64,000 bases of DNA. Origin: a bacterium. GTDB lineage: Bacteria > Zhuqueibacterota > Zhuqueibacteria > Residuimicrobiales > Krinioviventaceae. Made by a program: the position numbers and the translations under genes. A model generated the notes under the pieces. It did not search any database and was not told the DNA's origin. It saw only the letters and a program-made list of their open reading frames with translations. Below, piece by piece: positions 59,243-64,000 of this stretch. Each line of letters opens with the position of its first letter. The stretch's first letter is position 1. The stretch covers positions 1,888,001 through 1,952,000 of the forward strand of contig CAXXMD010000002.1 in assembly GCA_963675755.2 (NCBI GenBank), in the 5' to 3' direction.

Positions 59243-62200
59243 ATGAATACGATTAAAAACGTATGCCTGTTTATCTTGTCAATTATTTCAATAACACTAT
59301 CACAAGACCTTCAAATTCAATGGGCAAAAACATATGATTATGAATCTGGTAGTTACATGAACATTGACTTTGCACATGATGGCGGATTTGTTTTCACAAC
59401 ATATGACGATAAAACTATTGTCAAGATTGACAATCATGGTATTGTTCAGGAAGACTGGCCGCTGGATTTAGGAAAAATTCCCATCTATGGTTATCTACAA
59501 AAGTGCAATGAAGGATATATATTAATAAGCACTGTTCGTCATGAAGGCAAATTGAAGGCATTACTGAAAAAACTTGACAATCAGGGTCGTCTGGAATGGG
59601 AAAAATACTATTACGAAGATGATCATGGTGAAGTTAATGTCTGGAACTCGGGTGAATTTGTTAAACAAACACAAGACAATGGTTACATTCTTTTTTGTAC
59701 TTCAAACAATAATGCTGATCCATCGGGTTCTCGCTTGAGCTTTTGGTTTATTAAAACAGACCCTTATGGAGAAATCGAGTGGGAAAGTGGGGCCAGTGGT
59801 GATTTTTATGGATCAAATACATCTATAGATGTACATCAATTATCTGATGGTGGTTATATTTTCGCATATAACAACGATGATGGCGGCTTGACCCGGTTAT
59901 CACCAGACGGTCATGATATTTGGGAAAAAAGATATGACCAATATATAAAATACGTTTTACCAGCAAATAATAGTGGTTTCTTTATTGGCGGTAATTATTA
60001 TTTATCAGATGCTAATACACAAGGTACCGTCTATTTAAAAAAGGTTGACGAAAATGGAGATGAAATTTGGATTAAGACTTTTCAAAATGACTCGAAAGCT
60101 TTATATACAAGAAACATGATACTGTTGGATGACAATAGCTGTCTATTATGTGGGAGTAGTTTAGAACCAGGTTCGTATACATCAAATGGTTGGATAATCA
60201 AAGCTGACAGTTTAGGTAATAAAATCTGGGAAAAAAATTTCCCAGAAATTAATAACATAAATCAAGTTTTAAAAATATCCGAAAATGAATTTCTTGTATT
60301 CGGTGAAAAAGATGATCGGGTAACCATAATAAAACTACAAGAAAACGACCCCAACGATCCCACAAAACTTGAATTATTAGAACCAGTAAACCATAAATTA
60401 GGGGTAGGCAATCAACTCTGTCTGGACTGGACCAGCGTGGCCAATGCTTCATCATATCTCGTTGAATTAGATGATGACAGTGACATGTCAAGCCCCCTCC
60501 TTTCCAAAACAGTTTCAAACAGTTCAAGTTGTATAATAAACGACCTGGCAGATTCAACACAGTATTATTGGAGAGTCAGGGCCCAATTCCCGGAAGGCCC
60601 GGGTAACTGGTATGGTATTAACACATTTACAACCATGCTCCCTCCACACATGGAATTTAGTGAACAGGAAGGTTACTACTTGTCATATGTAGATGTTGGT
60701 GATCAATATTATACAGACAGAGATTACACAATAACGGAACTGCCAGATCAATTTAAAAATTGTATATGGATCAAAACCCCGGATAGTGAAAAATATTTAA
60801 CAGATGACAATTACATTCAATTTCAGTTAAAAAGAAACGCAACCGTCTATATTGCCTATGACAACCGGGCAAGCTCTGTTCCCTATTGGTTATCATCCGG
60901 GTTTGAACAAACCGAATACACCATACAGAATTCTGATGAAGAAAGTAATTTCACTGTCTGGAAAGGCCAATTCACAGCAGGGGATGTAGCATTAGGGGCC
61001 AATTCAGCAAGCGGCGCAGAAGGTGTACTAACAAATTATGTTGCATTCATAGATATCCCACTTCAAATGCTTGACCCCAGGGACAACAAGTCCGGAGTGG
61101 GAAAAGATTTAAGCTTTAGCTGGGAAGCGATAGGAAATTTCGAAAATTACGATCTGCAAATCAGCGATAATCAGGTCATGTCAAGTCCCTTATCTTATAT
61201 TACCAACATAAAGTATACCCGCTATATTTTAAGAGATCTGGATTATAATAAAGACTATTACTGGAGGATCAAAGCTCACAATTGCAACGATGAAAATTCA
61301 TGGTACCAGACACAAAAGTTCCATACTATGAATGAACCTATAGTTAAATTGAGTGAATATGAATATTATATATTATCCTGGCTCGAAGAAAATGATCAAT
61401 ATTATATTAACCAAAATGATGTAATTCTTTCCATTCCAGATCAGTTAAAAGGTTTACTGTGGGTCAAAACTGCAAATAATGATTTAGCCTTGGAATATGA
61501 TTCATTTTATATTCACCCGGAGAAAGAAGTAACTATTTATGTCGGTTTTGATTCAAGGGCCACCTCACTTCCAAACTGGGTAACAGACGACTTTAAAAAC
61601 ACAGGGTTAACCATAACTGTTTCTGATTCAGCAAATGAATTAAATATATGGACCAGAAATTTAAACAAAAGCATATTTTCCTTTGGCGAATGCTGGGCAG
61701 AAGGCGCTGAAAACATTAAAAGCCAGTATGTCGTTTTAATAGACACCAACCAGGTAGCGCCCCTATCCGCAAAATTTGATTCAGATGTGACATTGGGAGT
61801 ACCCCCGTTGACTGTTAATTTCTCAGACAGTTCTCAGGGCTTTATAACATCATGGCTATGGGATTTTGGCGACGGAATAACCTCTACTGAAAAAAATCCC
61901 ACCCACACCTATGAAAACGTGGGCAGCTATTCAGTCAGCCTGACTGTAAGTAATTATGACAGTTCTAATACCATAACAAAAGAAAATTATATTACAGTTA
62001 AAAACATGATTGCTAATTTCAGTGCGGATGTAACCATGGGACAAGCACCGCTTACCGTTAGTTTTACCGACAGTTCACTGGGCGAAATTGACGCATGGTT
62101 GTGGAAATTTGGAGACGGACTCACAAGCACATCACAAAATCCTACACACGTGTACACATATGGCGACTCGTTCACCGTATCACTTTTTGTGCGCGGACCA

Positions 62201-62545
62201 GGTGGATCAAATACAATGGTCAAATCGAATTATATAATAGTCGACCATCCAACATCTATTGACGACATGGCCGGCATACCGGATAAATTCGATTTACTAC
62301 CCAATTACCCCAATCCATTCAATCCGCAAACCACAATCCGGTTTGCGATACCCAAAAGGTCATTTGTAAAAATTACTATATTTGATATAAACGGAAAACT
62401 GGTCCAGAACTTATTTTCCGGCACCAAAAATCCGGGGCATTATGCCATCACATGGAACGCCTCAGGCTTTCCATCTGGTATGTATTTCATCAAAATGGAT
62501 ACGGATGCCTACTCGTCAGTTAGAAAATGTATCTTGGTCAAATAA
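59243..62545 (+). CDS. Array copy 5 (2 PKD domains)
   Basis: Paralogue with ATG start; its 3' ~600 bp are almost identical to copy 1. Confidence 0.9.
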   Translation: MNTIKNVCLFILSIISITLSQDLQIQWAKTYDYESGSYMNIDFAHDGGFVFTTYDDKTIVKIDNHGIVQEDWPLDLGKIPIYGYLQKCNEGYILISTVRHEGKLKALLKKLDNQGRLEWEKYYYEDDHGEVNVWNSGEFVKQTQDNGYILFCTSNNNADPSGSRLSFWFIKTDPYGEIEWESGASGDFYGSNTSIDVHQLSDGGYIFAYNNDDGGLTRLSPDGHDIWEKRYDQYIKYVLPANNSGFFIGGNYYLSDANTQGTVYLKKVDENGDEIWIKTFQNDSKALYTRNMILLDDNSCLLCGSSLEPGSYTSNGWIIKADSLGNKIWEKNFPEINNINQVLKISENEFLVFGEKDDRVTIIKLQENDPNDPTKLELLEPVNHKLGVGNQLCLDWTSVANASSYLVELDDDSDMSSPLLSKTVSNSSSCIINDLADSTQYYWRVRAQFPEGPGNWYGINTFTTMLPPHMEFSEQEGYYLSYVDVGDQYYTDRDYTITELPDQFKNCIWIKTPDSEKYLTDDNYIQFQLKRNATVYIAYDNRASSVPYWLSSGFEQTEYTIQNSDEESNFTVWKGQFTAGDVALGANSASGAEGVLTNYVAFIDIPLQMLDPRDNKSGVGKDLSFSWEAIGNFENYDLQISDNQVMSSPLSYITNIKYTRYILRDLDYNKDYYWRIKAHNCNDENSWYQTQKFHTMNEPIVKLSEYEYYILSWLEENDQYYINQNDVILSIPDQLKGLLWVKTANNDLALEYDSFYIHPEKEVTIYVGFDSRATSLPNWVTDDFKNTGLTITVSDSANELNIWTRNLNKSIFSFGECWAEGAENIKSQYVVLIDTNQVAPLSAKFDSDVTLGVPPLTVNFSDSSQGFITSWLWDFGDGITSTEKNPTHTYENVGSYSVSLTVSNYDSSNTITKENYITVKNMIANFSADVTMGQAPLTVSFTDSSLGEIDAWLWKFGDGLTSTSQNPTHVYTYGDSFTVSLFVRGPGGSNTMVKSNYIIVDHPTSIDDMAGIPDKFDLLPNYPNPFNPQTTIRFAIPKRSFVKITIFDINGKLVQNLFSGTKNPGHYAITWNASGFPSGMYFIKMDTDAYSSVRKCILVK

Positions 62546-62560
62546 TATTAGGGGAAAATC

Positions 62561-64000
62561 GTGAATACAATACAAAAAATATGTCTGTTTATCTTGTCGA
62601 TTGTTTCAATAACACTATCTCAAGACATTCAAATTCAATGGTCAAAAGCATATGATTATAAAAAGGGTAATTTCATTGACTTTGCTCATGATGAAGGTTT
62701 TGTTTTCACCCTCTATTATAATTATTATGAGGGGGAAATTATAAAAATAGATGACCAAGGCGCTGTACAAGATGTTTGGCTCTCTGATCCTGCTTTTGAA
62801 GACCAGGAGTATTATCATGTACAAAAATGCACTGAAGGCTATATAGCAGCCGGCTTTATAGAGCTGGATGATTCAAATAAAATGATGGCAATATTAAAAA
62901 AACTTGACAATCAGGGCCGACAGGAATGGGAAAAATTCTATTATCATGATGATGTTTCGGAAAATGACTATACCGATGGCTATCATGTTGACAACTATGG
63001 CATATTGGTCAAACAAACACGTGATAAAGGTTACATTCTCTTATGTGAAGAAATAGAAGATGATGGCAAATGGGGTATCGACAAAGACTTTTGGTTAATA
63101 AAAACAGACCCATATGGGGAAAAAGAGTGGGATTATAGGATTTGGGCTGATTACAGTTTTGTCGATGCTGCCCGAGCAATACATCAAACATCTGATGATG
63201 GTTATATTATCGCTTATAACGACAGTGATGACGAATTTGGCCATCTGCTCCGGTTTACTGCAGACGGCCGGAAAATCTGGGAAAAAGAATATAAAGAGTA
63301 TATAAGATACGCTTTACCAACAGAGGATGGTGGAAACATTATATGCGGTAGCAAATTTTTAAAAAAGGTAGACCAAAATGGAGATGAAATATGGGAAAAG
63401 ACTATACAATATGAATCATTAAAACCTTATTTAAATAACATGACAAAATTGGATGACAATAGTTATTTATTGTGTGGGGTGGTTTGGGATTCAGACACGC
63501 AATCACGAAAAGGCTGCTTAATCAAAACGGACAACCTGGGTAATAAAATATGGGAAAAAACATTTACTGAATTTGATGATTTATATCAAGTTTTACAAAT
63601 TTCTAACAATGAATTTATTTTATTCGGTGAAAAAAAAGAATATGTAACGATAGTAAAAATCAAGGTAAACGCTCAGCAAGATCCCACAACATTTGAATTA
63701 TTAAACCCTGTAAACAATAAATTGGGGGTTGGTACCCAGCTTGTTCTGGATTGGACCAGCATTGCCAATGCGTCATCATATCTCCTTGAATTAGATGATA
63801 AAAGAGATATGTCAAGTCCCCTCATTTCAAAAACAATAACAAACAGTTCAAATTGTATTATTAAAGATTTATCTGATTCAACACAATATTACTGGAAAGT
63901 CAGGGCCCAATTCCCGGATGGATCAGGTTATTGGACAGAGACCAGCACCTTTACAACAATGCCTCCTCCACATATCGAATTTAATGGACCGGATGGTTAT
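62561..64000 (+). CDS. Array copy 6 (truncated by the window end)
   Basis: Not in ORF track; GTG at 62561 after a 15-bp spacer reads MNTIQKICLFILSIVSITLSQDIQIQWSKAYDY...IDFAHD; reads as open through YYWKVRAQFPDG to the window edge. Confidence 0.9.
   Translation, partial: MNTIQKICLFILSIVSITLSQDIQIQWSKAYDYKKGNFIDFAHDEGFVFTLYYNYYEGEIIKIDDQGAVQDVWLSDPAFEDQEYYHVQKCTEGYIAAGFIELDDSNKMMAILKKLDNQGRQEWEKFYYHDDVSENDYTDGYHVDNYGILVKQTRDKGYILLCEEIEDDGKWGIDKDFWLIKTDPYGEKEWDYRIWADYSFVDAARAIHQTSDDGYIIAYNDSDDEFGHLLRFTADGRKIWEKEYKEYIRYALPTEDGGNIICGSKFLKKVDQNGDEIWEKTIQYESLKPYLNNMTKLDDNSYLLCGVVWDSDTQSRKGCLIKTDNLGNKIWEKTFTEFDDLYQVLQISNNEFILFGEKKEYVTIVKIKVNAQQDPTTFELLNPVNNKLGVGTQLVLDWTSIANASSYLLELDDKRDMSSPLISKTITNSSNCIIKDLSDSTQYYWKVRAQFPDGSGYWTETSTFTTMPPPHIEFNGPDGY

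Noticed and set aside
45246-64000. Diversity-generating retroelement as the source of paralogue variation
   Set aside because: No reverse transcriptase or template repeat in the window; differences include indels and all base types and lie in the N-terminal head rather than an adenine-specific C-terminal VR.

Overview
AT-rich bacterial chromosomal segment, probably from an FCB-superphylum lineage such as KSB1/Calditrichota-like. This is inferred from eight complete proteins ending in a YPNPFN-type secretion/sorting tail and a Bacteroidota-style ECF sigma/FecR/TonB-receptor cassette. The left 45 kb holds accessory metabolic and secreted genes: purple acid phosphatase, class I isoprenoid-synthase-fold protein, satD/DUF3307 pair, CPBP protease, LVIVD/beta-helix protein, diheme cytochrome c, racemase, orphan ABC permease, PL11 lyase, M14 peptidase, a SusD-less PUL-like cassette, a molybdo-oxidoreductase operon, TetR/esterase, Crp/flavodoxin and GH28. 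The right 19 kb is a tandem array of at least six mosaic paralogues (variable beta-propeller, Fn3, unknown module, PKD, sorting tail) behind a duplicated leader. Intergenic DNA is crowded with nested palindromic repeat families, including a MITE, a ~324-bp composite tandem repeat and a conserved hairpin scaffold with interchangeable inner stem-loops. The best candidate for an undescribed system is the cyclase-like/HTH SatD gene plus the DUF3307 membrane gene, separated by five 29-bp-phased palindromes. I saw no rRNA, tRNA, CRISPR, transposase or reverse transcriptase. All calls are by eye from motifs; no searches were run.
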